Source: an uncultured Alphaproteobacteria bacterium (GTDB lineage Bacteria > Pseudomonadota > Alphaproteobacteria > Rs-D84). From it: a stretch of DNA of 64,000 nucleotides. Both the position numbers and the translations under genes were made by a program. The notes below the pieces were generated by a model. It saw only the letters and a program-made list of their open reading frames with translations, did not search any database and had not been told where the DNA came from. The stretch covers positions 1,223 to 65,222 of the forward strand of contig CALXLO010000003.1 of assembly GCA_944389235.1 (NCBI GenBank). Reading direction: 5' to 3'. Of this stretch, positions 28,009 through 36,913 are shown one piece after another (position 1 is the stretch's first letter; each line of letters opens with the position of its first letter).

Positions 28009-29901
28009 TTATTTCTTTTCAGAAAAATCTGCGTCGCGCGTACCATCATCATTCGGCTTTGACTCGTCAGACGCTGACGCGGCGGCTTCTTGGGATGCTT
28101 TATACACAGCTTCGCCCAATTTCATTGATTTTTCTGTCAACGCATCTGTCTTGGTTTTCAGACTGTCCGCTGTTGCGTCTGCCTTGGCTAATTCATCAGC
28201 CAATTCTTTCTTGGCATTTTCTATGGCTGATTTTTCATCTGCGCTGATTTTATCACCATGTTCTTTCAGTGCTTTTTCAACTGTAAATATAGCGGTTTCA
28301 GCGTTATTTTTCGCTTCGGCCAGTTCGCGTTTCTTTTTATCCGCGTCCGCATTAGCAGCCGCTTCATCAACCATGCGCTTGATTTCTTCTTCGGACAGAC
28401 CGCCATCTGACTTAATAGAAATCGCCTGTTCTTTACCGGTGCCTTTATCTTTGGCAGACACATGAACTATACCGTTTGCATCAATATCAAACGACACTTC
28501 TATTTGTGGCATGCCACGCGGGGCAGGCGCGATACCTTCCAGATTAAACTGACCCAACAGTTTATTATCTGCGGCCATATCGCGTTCACCCTGGAACACG
28601 CGAATCGTCACCGCGGACTGATTATCTTCGGCAGTGCTGAATACTTGGGATTTTTTGGTCGGAATTGTTGTATTACGGTCAATCAAACGCGTAAACACGC
28701 CACCCAAAGTTTCAATACCCAATGACAACGGCGTTACATCCAACAGCAAGACATCTTTGACATCGCCTTTTAACACGCCACCTTGAATTGCTGCACCTAA
28801 TGCAACGACTTCGTCTGGGTTAACACCTTTGTGTGGTTCACGACCAAAAAATTCTTTGACCGTTTCTTGCACTTTTGGCATACGGGTTTGACCACCAACC
28901 AATATAACTTCATTAATCTGACCTTTGTCTAATCCTGCATCTTTTAACGCCTTGCGACACGGTTCAATGGTTTTTTGAATTAAATCATCAACCAAGGATT
29001 CCAATTTTGCACGCGTTAATGTTGTATTAAAGTGTTTCGGACCAGACGCATCCGCCGTCAAGAACGGCAAGTTAATATCTGTTGATGTCTTGGATGACAA
29101 TTCAATTTTGGCTTTTTCTGCGGCTTCTTTCAGGCGTTGCAATGCCAATTTATCGCCCGACAAATCAATACCCGTTTGTGCCTTGAACTCGTCAATTAAA
29201 TATTTCAATACACGCGCATCAAAGTCAGAACCACCCAATGCAGTATCGCCATTTGTCGATTTAACTTCGAACACGCCATCAACGATTTCCAAAATAGAAA
29301 TATCAAATGTACCGCCACCTAAATCATATACAGCAATCGTACCGTTCTTGTTCTTGTCCAGACCATACGCCAGCGCCGCCGCAGTTGGTTCATTAACAAT
29401 ACGCAATACATTCAGCCCTGCGATACGACCAGCGTCCTTTGTCGCCTGGCGTTGAGAATCGTTAAAATATGCCGGCACAGTTATAACCGCATCAGAAATA
29501 GTTTCACCCAAATATGCTTCGGCATCTTTTTTTAATTTTGCCAAAATCATTGCAGAAATTTGTGATGGCGCATATTTTTTGCCGTCTATTTCAACCCACG
29601 CATCACCATTGTCGCCGGCAACAATTTTATACGGCACGCGCGCGGCAATTTCTTTGACCGCCGGACTGTCATAACGCAGCCCCATTAAACGCTTGATTTC
29701 ATAAATTGTATTTTCAGGATTTGTTACAGCCTGATTTTTAGCTGTGATACCGACCAACTGTTCCCCCCCAGATGTTATTGCAACGACCGATGGGGTTGTT
29801 CGTTGACCTTCGGAATTTTCGATAATTTTTGGTTCACTGCCGTCCATGAACGCCATGGCGGAATTAGTTGTACCCAAATCAATACCCAACACTTTTGCCA
29901 T
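28009..29901 (-). CDS. dnaK: Chaperone DnaK (Hsp70)
   Basis: [30 protein letters not shown] and [11 protein letters not shown], with a full-length 630-aa Hsp70 architecture. Confidence 0.9.
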   Translation of the reverse strand: MAKVLGIDLGTTNSAMAFMDGSEPKIIENSEGQRTTPSVVAITSGGEQLVGITAKNQAVTNPENTIYEIKRLMGLRYDSPAVKEIAARVPYKIVAGDNGDAWVEIDGKKYAPSQISAMILAKLKKDAEAYLGETISDAVITVPAYFNDSQRQATKDAGRIAGLNVLRIVNEPTAAALAYGLDKNKNGTIAVYDLGGGTFDISILEIVDGVFEVKSTNGDTALGGSDFDARVLKYLIDEFKAQTGIDLSGDKLALQRLKEAAEKAKIELSSKTSTDINLPFLTADASGPKHFNTTLTRAKLESLVDDLIQKTIEPCRKALKDAGLDKGQINEVILVGGQTRMPKVQETVKEFFGREPHKGVNPDEVVALGAAIQGGVLKGDVKDVLLLDVTPLSLGIETLGGVFTRLIDRNTTIPTKKSQVFSTAEDNQSAVTIRVFQGERDMAADNKLLGQFNLEGIAPAPRGMPQIEVSFDIDANGIVHVSAKDKGTGKEQAISIKSDGGLSEEEIKRMVDEAAANADADKKKRELAEAKNNAETAIFTVEKALKEHGDKISADEKSAIENAKKELADELAKADATADSLKTKTDALTEKSMKLGEAVYKASQEAAASASDESKPNDDGTRDADFSEKK

Positions 29902-29943
29902 TTTTTACTCCTTCAAACTGTTTTGTATTTTTGCTTAGTTGCT

Positions 29944-29972
29944 ATATAGTGAACACTAAATACCATTTCAAG
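29944..29972 (-). promoter_or_regulatory. Candidate sigma32 (heat-shock) promoter for dnaK
   Basis: The minus strand reads CTTGAAA, then 14 nt, then CACTATAT. This lies about 45 nt upstream of the dnaK ATG at 29901. Consensus is CTTGAAA-N13-15-CCCCATnT. Confidence 0.4.
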
Positions 29973-29990
29973 ACCACAGGAAAAAAATAA

Positions 29991-30021
29991 TAACAAAAAA
30001 AACCGTCCAAAATAGGACGGC
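29991..30021 (-). terminator. Terminator after rplY
   Basis: Minus strand: CCGTCCtattttGGACGG hairpin followed by TTTTTTTTT. Confidence 0.5.
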
Positions 30022-30043
30022 TTTATTTGCGATATATTGCGAA

Positions 30044-30694
30044 TTACTTTTTCGCTTCGTCTGTGGTTGTGGCCGCTGCAGCCGCCGCCGGCGCAGCTGT
30101 TGCTGCAACAGGCTTTTGATTATCTGTTTCATCTGCCATTTTACCACCGATTGTTGCAAATGCTAATTCTGCCTGGTGCAAACCCAATTGTACGCCATCT
30201 GGCAATACTAAATCAGAACCGTGTACAGAATCACCGATATTCAAGTTTGTCAAATCAATTGTGATTTTTTCAGGAATATCATGTACCAAACCACGCAATG
30301 CAACCTGGCGTACAGCAAAGTTCAACACACCGCCCATTTTCAGTCCCTTGGACACATCAGCGTTTATGACTTCTACCGGCACACTAACATTAACAGGCTT
30401 TTTAACATCAATGCGTTTGAAATCCACATGAATTACATTATCATTGACCGGATGATATTGAATATCCATCAACATTGCATCTTCTTGACCATTGGCGGTA
30501 TCAATTTCAAACAGTTTTGTCCGCAAACTTGGTGTTTGCAACAAAGCCTCAAAATCACGACCGTTTAATTCTATGGTTAACGGAGTCTTTTTTTCACCGT
30601 ATATCACCGCAGGAATATTTTTATTCTTGCGAATGCCACGCGCAGCCCCCTTGCCGACGCGTTCGCGAATTTCTGCTTTTAATTTAATAGCCAT
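30044..30694 (-). CDS. rplY: 50S ribosomal protein L25 / general stress protein Ctc form, with an Ala/Thr-rich tail
   Basis: MAIKLKAEIRERVGKGAARGIRKNKNIPAVIYG... Tail is VAATAAPAAAAAATTTDEAKK. Confidence 0.85.
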   Translation of the reverse strand: MAIKLKAEIRERVGKGAARGIRKNKNIPAVIYGEKKTPLTIELNGRDFEALLQTPSLRTKLFEIDTANGQEDAMLMDIQYHPVNDNVIHVDFKRIDVKKPVNVSVPVEVINADVSKGLKMGGVLNFAVRQVALRGLVHDIPEKITIDLTNLNIGDSVHGSDLVLPDGVQLGLHQAELAFATIGGKMADETDNQKPVAATAAPAAAAAATTTDEAKK

Positions 30695-30792
30695 TTTAAT
30701 TCCTTTTATTCAGATTTATTTGTTTATGCACGACCTCCAAGGGTGCCGTGCGGGGCATATTATTTACTAAAACTATTGAAAAATCAAGGTTT

Positions 30793-31356
30793 TTATTCGT
30801 CGCCACGCGTTAAAACAAAAAAACGCGCACGACCATAAGTTTTATCACGCAAAATGCGCCATTCAACCGGCGGCATCACAGACTGCGACAATTCTTGTTC
30901 CCAGATTAAAATCGCGCCATCTTTTATACGCGATGCCACACGATTTACAAATTCAGCGCCCTTGACCGCGCTATCATACGGCGGGTCAACAAATATAACA
31001 TCGGCACTCTGGGCATATTTATCTGCTGCAATAATGGCATCTGATTGCACAACGCTGGCCGCGGTTCCAATATTTAACAGCGATAAATTTTTTTGTACAG
31101 TACGCACAGATTCTGGGTCAATATCTGTAAATATAACGCGCGAATTTGGGTATCGCGATAAAAATTCTATGCCAAACGCGCCACTGCCGGCAAAGGCATC
31201 CCAAACACATAAATTATCACCAACATTAACTAATCCAGATGCCAGCATATTAAACAAGGCTGCGCGTGCACGATTCTGGGTTGGTCGGGCATTTGGTGGC
31301 AAATATAATTTACGACCATGAAAACGCCCTGAAATAATTTGCAATTTTGAATCCAT
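30793..31356 (-). CDS. rsmD: 16S rRNA (guanine966-N2)-methyltransferase RsmD
   Basis: RPTQNRARAALFNML, DAFAGSGAFGIEFLSR and DPPY motifs. Confidence 0.8.
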   Translation of the reverse strand: MDSKLQIISGRFHGRKLYLPPNARPTQNRARAALFNMLASGLVNVGDNLCVWDAFAGSGAFGIEFLSRYPNSRVIFTDIDPESVRTVQKNLSLLNIGTAASVVQSDAIIAADKYAQSADVIFVDPPYDSAVKGAEFVNRVASRIKDGAILIWEQELSQSVMPPVEWRILRDKTYGRARFFVLTRGDE

Positions 31357-31364
31357 AGTTTACA

Positions 31365-31820
31365 GTGTATACCATGATGTTTATGAAGCAAGCCTTAAAT
31401 TCTGCCCGCCGCGCATTATTGCATGATGATGTACCAATTGGTGCTGTTATTGTGCATGATGGCAAAATAATTGCCCGCGGCGAAAACCAAGTACAACAAA
31501 AACGCAATCCTGTATTACATGCAGAAATTATTGCGATACAACGCGCATGTAAAAAACTGGGGACCAAGTTCTTGGATGATTGTGATATATATATAACTTT
31601 GGAACCATGTGCCATGTGTGCAACCGCCATATCACTGGCGCGCATTCGCACAATATATTATGCCGCGCCCGATGACAAAGGCGGGGGCATTGCGCATAAC
31701 GCGCGCATATATGATACAGACCGCCACCTGTGGCACCCAAAAGTAATACAAACCCCAGAATATGCCGCAGAATCAGCATTAATGTTGCGTGATTTTTTCC
31801 GCGCCCGCCGCAAAAAATAA
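31365..31820 (+). CDS. tadA: tRNA-specific adenosine deaminase TadA (the true start may be an internal Met a few codons in)
   Basis: CMP/dCMP deaminase zinc motifs HAEIIAIQRA and TLEPCAMCATAI. Confidence 0.85.
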   Translation: MYTMMFMKQALNSARRALLHDDVPIGAVIVHDGKIIARGENQVQQKRNPVLHAEIIAIQRACKKLGTKFLDDCDIYITLEPCAMCATAISLARIRTIYYAAPDDKGGGIAHNARIYDTDRHLWHPKVIQTPEYAAESALMLRDFFRARRKK

Positions 31821-31830
31821 ATAAACCAAT

Positions 31831-31867
31831 AACAAAAACGCCCCAAACGGGGCGTTTTTGTTATTTT
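31831..31867. terminator. Bidirectional terminator between tadA and secA
   Basis: AACGCCCCaaacGGGGCGTT hairpin flanked by an A-run and a T-run. Confidence 0.55.
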
Positions 31868-34470
31868 AATTTGCCACAGCAATGTTTGTATTTTAACCCA
31901 GAACCACACGGGCAGGGTGCATTACGACGCGCATCACCGGCGGAATTCAGTGCCGCATCATGTTGGGCGCGTTCGCGTTCTGTGGCGGCAACATCTTCGT
32001 GTGTTAATTCCATGCGACAAATATACGATATTGACATAATCTTGAAATTATTAATCGTATTTTTGAACAGACCCAAGGCTTCGCGTTTATATTCATATAA
32101 TGGATTTTTCTGGGCATAACCGCGCAAGCCAATCGCTGTTTGCAGATAATCCATTTGTTGCAAGTGGCGTTTCCATACTGTGTCCAATGCCCCCAGCATC
32201 ATTTGACGCGATGCCATTTGCATCAATTCTGGACCATATTTATCCGCCTGGGCTTGATAGCGGCGCATTGCCAGATTATGCAGTATTTCATACGCGCGCC
32301 GTTCTGATATTGTTTCATCTGTTTTCCATTTATCAATATCGGTAATATCTAATGCAAACGCACGCATCATTGCATCATGTATGCCGCGCAAGTTCCAATC
32401 TGCTGGATGCGTCTTTTCCGGAATATTGTTTTCACAAATTATTTCAACAACATCGCCAATCATTTCGTGTGCCAATGGTGCTAAATCATCTGATACCATT
32501 AAATCATCGCGCTGCTTGTATACGACACCGCGTTGTTCATTCATAACATCGTCGTATTTCAGTAATTCTTTGCGTGATTCAAAATATCTGGCTTCTACGC
32601 GTTTTTGTGCTTTTTCCAGTGCCTTGGTTATCCACGGATGGGTAATTGCTTCGCCTGGTTTCAGCCCCAGCGTTGTCAGCATGCCATTCAAACGCGCTGC
32701 GCCAAATATGCGCATTAAATCGTCATCCAATGCCAAAAAGAATTTAGAATCCCCTGGGTCGCCTTGTCTGCCACTGCGGCCGCGTAATTGATTATCAATA
32801 CGACGCGATTCGTGGCGTTCTGTACCGATAACATACAAGCCGCCGGCATCCAAGACTTGTTTTTTATTTTTTTCTATGCGTTCATATATTTCTTGTTTCT
32901 TGGATTCATAATCCGCATCTTCGGGTGATAATTCTGCAATCAATTCTTCGGCATTACCACCCAGTTTAATATCTGTACCACGACCCGCCATATTTGTGGC
33001 AATTGTAACTGCCCCTGGGGCACCAGCTTGGGCGACAATTTTTGCCTCGGACTCATGATGTTTTGCATTCAAAACTGCGGGGTTAATCCCCAAACGCTGA
33101 CGCACAATTGCGGCCAGTTCTTCGGATTTTTCAATAGAAACTGTGCCAACCAGAACTGGCTGATTCCGCGACATACAATCAGAAATTTGTTTTATAATCG
33201 CATCGTATTTTTCCGCCTTGTTGCGATAGATTTCATCGTGGTGGTCAACACGCGCCACCGGACGATTCGTTGGAATAGAAACAACGCGCAGTTTATATAT
33301 TTCTTCAAATTCTGCTGCTTCGGTCATGGCGGTACCCGTCATGCCAGACAATGTTGGATATAACCGGAACAAGTTTTGATAAGATATGCTGGATACTGTC
33401 TGATTTTCTGGTTGTACTTTTACATGTTCTTTGGCTTCTATTGCTTGGTGCAACCCTTTGCCAAATCGCCGCCCCGTCATCACACGACCGGTAAATTCGT
33501 CTACGATTAAAATTTCGCCATTGCGAACAACATAATTGACATTTTTCTGATATAAATGATGCGCCAATAAAGATTGCTGAATGTGCATAACCAATGCAGC
33601 GTTTTCAGACGCATACAAATTATCACCAACTAACAAGCCTGCATCCTGCAACAATTTTGTTGCGGTATCAACGCCAGATTCTGTTAATGTTACATGACGG
33701 TCTTTTTCATCTTTTTTGTAATCATCCGGCCCCAGTTGCGCAACGACTGCATCGACTTTTTCATACAATTCGCTGGTATCTTCGGCTGGACCGGAAATAA
33801 TCAGCGGGGTGCGCGCTTCATCAATTAAAATACTGTCTACTTCGTCAACAATCGCAAAAAATAACGGACGCAAAACCTGCTGGGCTTTAGAGAACTTCAT
33901 ATTATCGCGCAGATAATCAAACCCCAGTTCAGAATTTGTTACATAAGTAATATCACACGCATACGCCGCACGCCGTTCATCGTCGGTCATATCGTGCTGA
34001 ATAACACCCACCGTCAAGCCCAAGAAACGATAAACTTGTCCCATCCAGTCCGCATCACGCGATGCCAAGTAATCATTAACGGTAATCAAATGCGCCCCAC
34101 GACCATGCAGTGCCTTTAAGTACAATGCCAATGTCGCGACCAATGTTTTACCTTCACCGGTTTTCATTTCTGCGATTTGACCGTTGTTTAACACCATTCC
34201 GCCAATTAATTGAACATTAAAATGACGCAACCCGATTGCCCGATTGGCCGCTTCGCGGACAAGCGCAAAAGCATCAGGCAAGATATCTTTTTCTTTATCA
34301 CCATTGGCCAAACGCTGGCGCAGCACATCTGTTTGTGCGCGCAAATCTTCGTCTGACATTGCATGATATTTTGGTTCTAAATCATTTATCAAAGAAACTG
34401 TTTTATCATAAGACTTAACAATTCTGTCATTGGCCGAGCCGAGTATTTTACCAATAAAATTTTTTAACAT
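31861..34470 (-). CDS. secA: Preprotein translocase ATPase SecA
   Basis: 869 aa. MLKNFIGKILGSANDRIVKSY start, DEAD-like motor motifs, and a C-terminal zinc-binding CPCGSGLKYKHCCG. Confidence 0.9.
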   Translation of the reverse strand: MLKNFIGKILGSANDRIVKSYDKTVSLINDLEPKYHAMSDEDLRAQTDVLRQRLANGDKEKDILPDAFALVREAANRAIGLRHFNVQLIGGMVLNNGQIAEMKTGEGKTLVATLALYLKALHGRGAHLITVNDYLASRDADWMGQVYRFLGLTVGVIQHDMTDDERRAAYACDITYVTNSELGFDYLRDNMKFSKAQQVLRPLFFAIVDEVDSILIDEARTPLIISGPAEDTSELYEKVDAVVAQLGPDDYKKDEKDRHVTLTESGVDTATKLLQDAGLLVGDNLYASENAALVMHIQQSLLAHHLYQKNVNYVVRNGEILIVDEFTGRVMTGRRFGKGLHQAIEAKEHVKVQPENQTVSSISYQNLFRLYPTLSGMTGTAMTEAAEFEEIYKLRVVSIPTNRPVARVDHHDEIYRNKAEKYDAIIKQISDCMSRNQPVLVGTVSIEKSEELAAIVRQRLGINPAVLNAKHHESEAKIVAQAGAPGAVTIATNMAGRGTDIKLGGNAEELIAELSPEDADYESKKQEIYERIEKNKKQVLDAGGLYVIGTERHESRRIDNQLRGRSGRQGDPGDSKFFLALDDDLMRIFGAARLNGMLTTLGLKPGEAITHPWITKALEKAQKRVEARYFESRKELLKYDDVMNEQRGVVYKQRDDLMVSDDLAPLAHEMIGDVVEIICENNIPEKTHPADWNLRGIHDAMMRAFALDITDIDKWKTDETISERRAYEILHNLAMRRYQAQADKYGPELMQMASRQMMLGALDTVWKRHLQQMDYLQTAIGLRGYAQKNPLYEYKREALGLFKNTINNFKIMSISYICRMELTHEDVAATERERAQHDAALNSAGDARRNAPCPCGSGLKYKHCCGKLK

Positions 34471-34610
34471 ACCGTTTTTCCTTGCTTTTTATCTATGATG
34501 GTATAGCAATTTTGTACCTTGCGGTCAAGATACTTTATGATATAATGCAAACCAAGAATTAAACAAGTATTTAATGTATAATTATTTTTATCCAGGGGGA
34601 CATAAATACC

Positions 34611-34832
34611 ATGCGTGAACCAGTATACAGATTAAGCGAATCTAATATAACCAGCGAACATTTTGTAATTGCGCCGACACAAATTGAATATATTTCACAA
34701 ATTTTTGCAGACAGCGTTGCAGACGCAATGAATATGCGCGCATTTGCGCAAAAAATTCGCCAAATTGCGGAACAGTCGCTGCGCACAGCCCTATCTGCGG
34801 CCCGCCACCAAGGCGAACATCGTATAAAATAG
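34611..34832 (+). CDS. Small hypothetical protein (73 aa) with its own promoter and strong SD
   Basis: Upstream TTGCGG, then 16 nt, then TGaTATAAT (extended -10) at about 34523-34550. AGGGGGA SD lies 9 nt before the ATG. The opposite-strand ORF 34571..34837 looks non-coding. Confidence 0.35.
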   Translation: MREPVYRLSESNITSEHFVIAPTQIEYISQIFADSVADAMNMRAFAQKIRQIAEQSLRTALSAARHQGEHRIK

Positions 34833-34851
34833 AACAAAAATCATAAATTTT

Positions 34852-36324
34852 TTATATCAAACTGTGGCCGGTCATATCAGATGGCTGGGGAATATTTAAC
34901 AGTTTCAAAATTGTTGGCGCAATATCAGACAAACCACCATCATGAACAGAATGTATATCTGGTGATACAACAATAAAATTCACGGGATTAGTTGTATGCG
35001 CTGTCCATGGTGAATTATGTTCATAGTCCCACATTGTTTCTGCATTTCCATGGTCCGCAGTTATCAACACCGTTCCACCCAGACCCAACACCGCCGGCAC
35101 TAATCGCGACAACTGGGCATCTAAAAATTCCATTGCATGAATTGCAGCATCCAGTTTTCCTGTGTGTCCAACCATATCACCATTTGCGTAATTCAAAATA
35201 ATAACATCGAATCGCGACAAATTTTCTAATAATTTGTCTGTTATTTCTGCTGCGGACATTTGCGGTGTTAAGTCAAAAGTTGCAACATCTGGCGATGGTA
35301 TTAAAATTTTTTCTTGGTTTGGGAAATCAATATTTCTTTCTGCATCAAAGAAATATGTAACATGATTATATTTTTCTGTTTCTGCGATACGCAATTGACG
35401 CACCCCGTATGCCGCCAGCACATCCCCCAAAGTATTTTCAACAGGCATGTCCGGCAACAGGGCGGGGCAAAATTCATCTAGACCTTCGCCATATTGCGAA
35501 AAGCACAATATATGCGCACCAGAATCTATAATTGCGCGCACAATTTGCCGTGCGCGGTCGCTGCGATAATTGCCAAAAATAAAACCATCATGCGATGTAA
35601 TTGGCACATCACCATCAATTACAGTTGGGTGTATAAATTCATCAGATTCGTCGCGTGCATACGCATCATTCAATGCTGATGTAATAGACGCAGCATGATA
35701 TTCTGATTTTGCATTTGCGATTGCGTCATACGCCAGTTTTGTTCTGTCCATATTTTTATTTCTGTCCATCGCATAATAGCGACCAGACAGCGTTCCAAAG
35801 AACGCACGACCATCTGCAAACCATTGCGCCAAAGATTCTTGTAATAATTCAATATATTTCATTGCGGACCGTGGCGGTGTATCACGACCATCTGCGATAA
35901 AATGGAAACAGACCTGTAAACCAGCATTTAATATATATCGCGCAATAACAATCATATCATTAATGTCAGAATGCACACGCCCATCAGACATTAATCCCGC
36001 GAAATGCACAATACCGCCATCGGCGCGTACAGCGTGTATAAAATCGTTCAACGGTTTATTTTGTTCCCAGTTTTCTATTTGAAATCTGCGCAAGAATTGA
36101 TTTACTATGCGACCAGAGCCAATTGTTATATGTCCAACCTCTGAATTACCCATAATACCATCTGGCAATCCGACTGCGGTGCCACTGGCGTTCAATTGTG
36201 AATGCGGATATTTTTTTATTAAATCATTAAAAAAGGGCATATTTGCCAACGCGACCGCGTTGTTTTCGCGCGATGCACTGATGCCGACCCCGTCCATTAT
36301 GCACAAAACAATTGGTTTAGTCAT
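34852..36324 (-). CDS. gpmI: 2,3-bisphosphoglycerate-independent phosphoglycerate mutase
   Basis: Start taken at MTKPIVLCIMDGVGIS (ATG at 36324). The 47-codon upstream extension in the ORF track is AT-rich junk. Metal-site motifs SDGGVHS-like (SDGRVHS) are present. Confidence 0.85.
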   Translation of the reverse strand: MTKPIVLCIMDGVGISASRENNAVALANMPFFNDLIKKYPHSQLNASGTAVGLPDGIMGNSEVGHITIGSGRIVNQFLRRFQIENWEQNKPLNDFIHAVRADGGIVHFAGLMSDGRVHSDINDMIVIARYILNAGLQVCFHFIADGRDTPPRSAMKYIELLQESLAQWFADGRAFFGTLSGRYYAMDRNKNMDRTKLAYDAIANAKSEYHAASITSALNDAYARDESDEFIHPTVIDGDVPITSHDGFIFGNYRSDRARQIVRAIIDSGAHILCFSQYGEGLDEFCPALLPDMPVENTLGDVLAAYGVRQLRIAETEKYNHVTYFFDAERNIDFPNQEKILIPSPDVATFDLTPQMSAAEITDKLLENLSRFDVIILNYANGDMVGHTGKLDAAIHAMEFLDAQLSRLVPAVLGLGGTVLITADHGNAETMWDYEHNSPWTAHTTNPVNFIVVSPDIHSVHDGGLSDIAPTILKLLNIPQPSDMTGHSLI

Positions 36325-36449
36325 TATTCCTTTCCCTGATATGATTGATAGATAATATTTAACGGGACAAATGTAGCACAGGGCTTTTTTAATTGCAAAA
36401 GAAAAAGAAAAAATGTATAACTGTATATATATAGAAAAAGAGATTAAGT

Positions 36450-36863
36450 ATGAGCAGACAGGCATTCAAACCAACCGCAGTTGATGAACATATTGGGCAA
36501 CGCGTACAATTGCGCCGCCAAATGATGGGTTTGTCGCAAAAAGACTTGGCAAAAATTTGTGGCGTTACATTTCAACAAATTCAAAAATATGAAAGCGCCG
36601 GCAATCGTATATCTGCATCACGATTATTTGAACTTAGCACGGCACTAGAAACCCCGGTATCTTTCTTTTTCCGTGGTTTGCCGGGCAACATGCCGGAACA
36701 GCCCCGTAATGGTCGCGTGCCGCATGTTTCTGAACAAACACAAAATGACCCGTTGTCCAAAAATGAATCGCTGGAATTAATAAAACTATATTGGAAATTA
36801 CCAAACGACGACCAGCGCGCAATGGTTATGAAAATGTTAAAAACATTAAATGGTGTTGATTAA
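36450..36863 (+). CDS. XRE-family helix-turn-helix transcriptional regulator with a C-terminal extension
   Basis: HIGQRVQLRRQMMGLSQKDLAKICGVTFQQIQKYESAGNRISASRLFELS is a canonical HTH_XRE. Confidence 0.75.
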   Translation: MSRQAFKPTAVDEHIGQRVQLRRQMMGLSQKDLAKICGVTFQQIQKYESAGNRISASRLFELSTALETPVSFFFRGLPGNMPEQPRNGRVPHVSEQTQNDPLSKNESLELIKLYWKLPNDDQRAMVMKMLKTLNGVD

Positions 36864-36873
36864 GAAAAAATTG

Positions 36874-36913
36874 TAAAAAAACAGGTGCTGTTTTATTAGC
36901 ACCTGTTTCTTTT
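36874..36913. terminator. Bidirectional terminator between the XRE regulator gene and the large secreted protein gene
   Basis: AAAAAA, then ACAGGTGCTgttttattAGCACCTGT, then TTCTTTT. Confidence 0.5.

Noticed and set aside
27893-29455. Several plus-strand ORFs (87-190 aa)
   Set aside because: They are antisense within dnaK. Ala/Ser-rich low-complexity sequence is typical of a shadow ORF.
36325-36465. 47-codon N-terminal extension of gpmI in the ORF track
   Set aside because: The extension is AT-rich and poorly coding. The conserved iPGM N-terminus MTKPIVLCIMDGVG starts at 36324, so it is not a frameshift or fusion.
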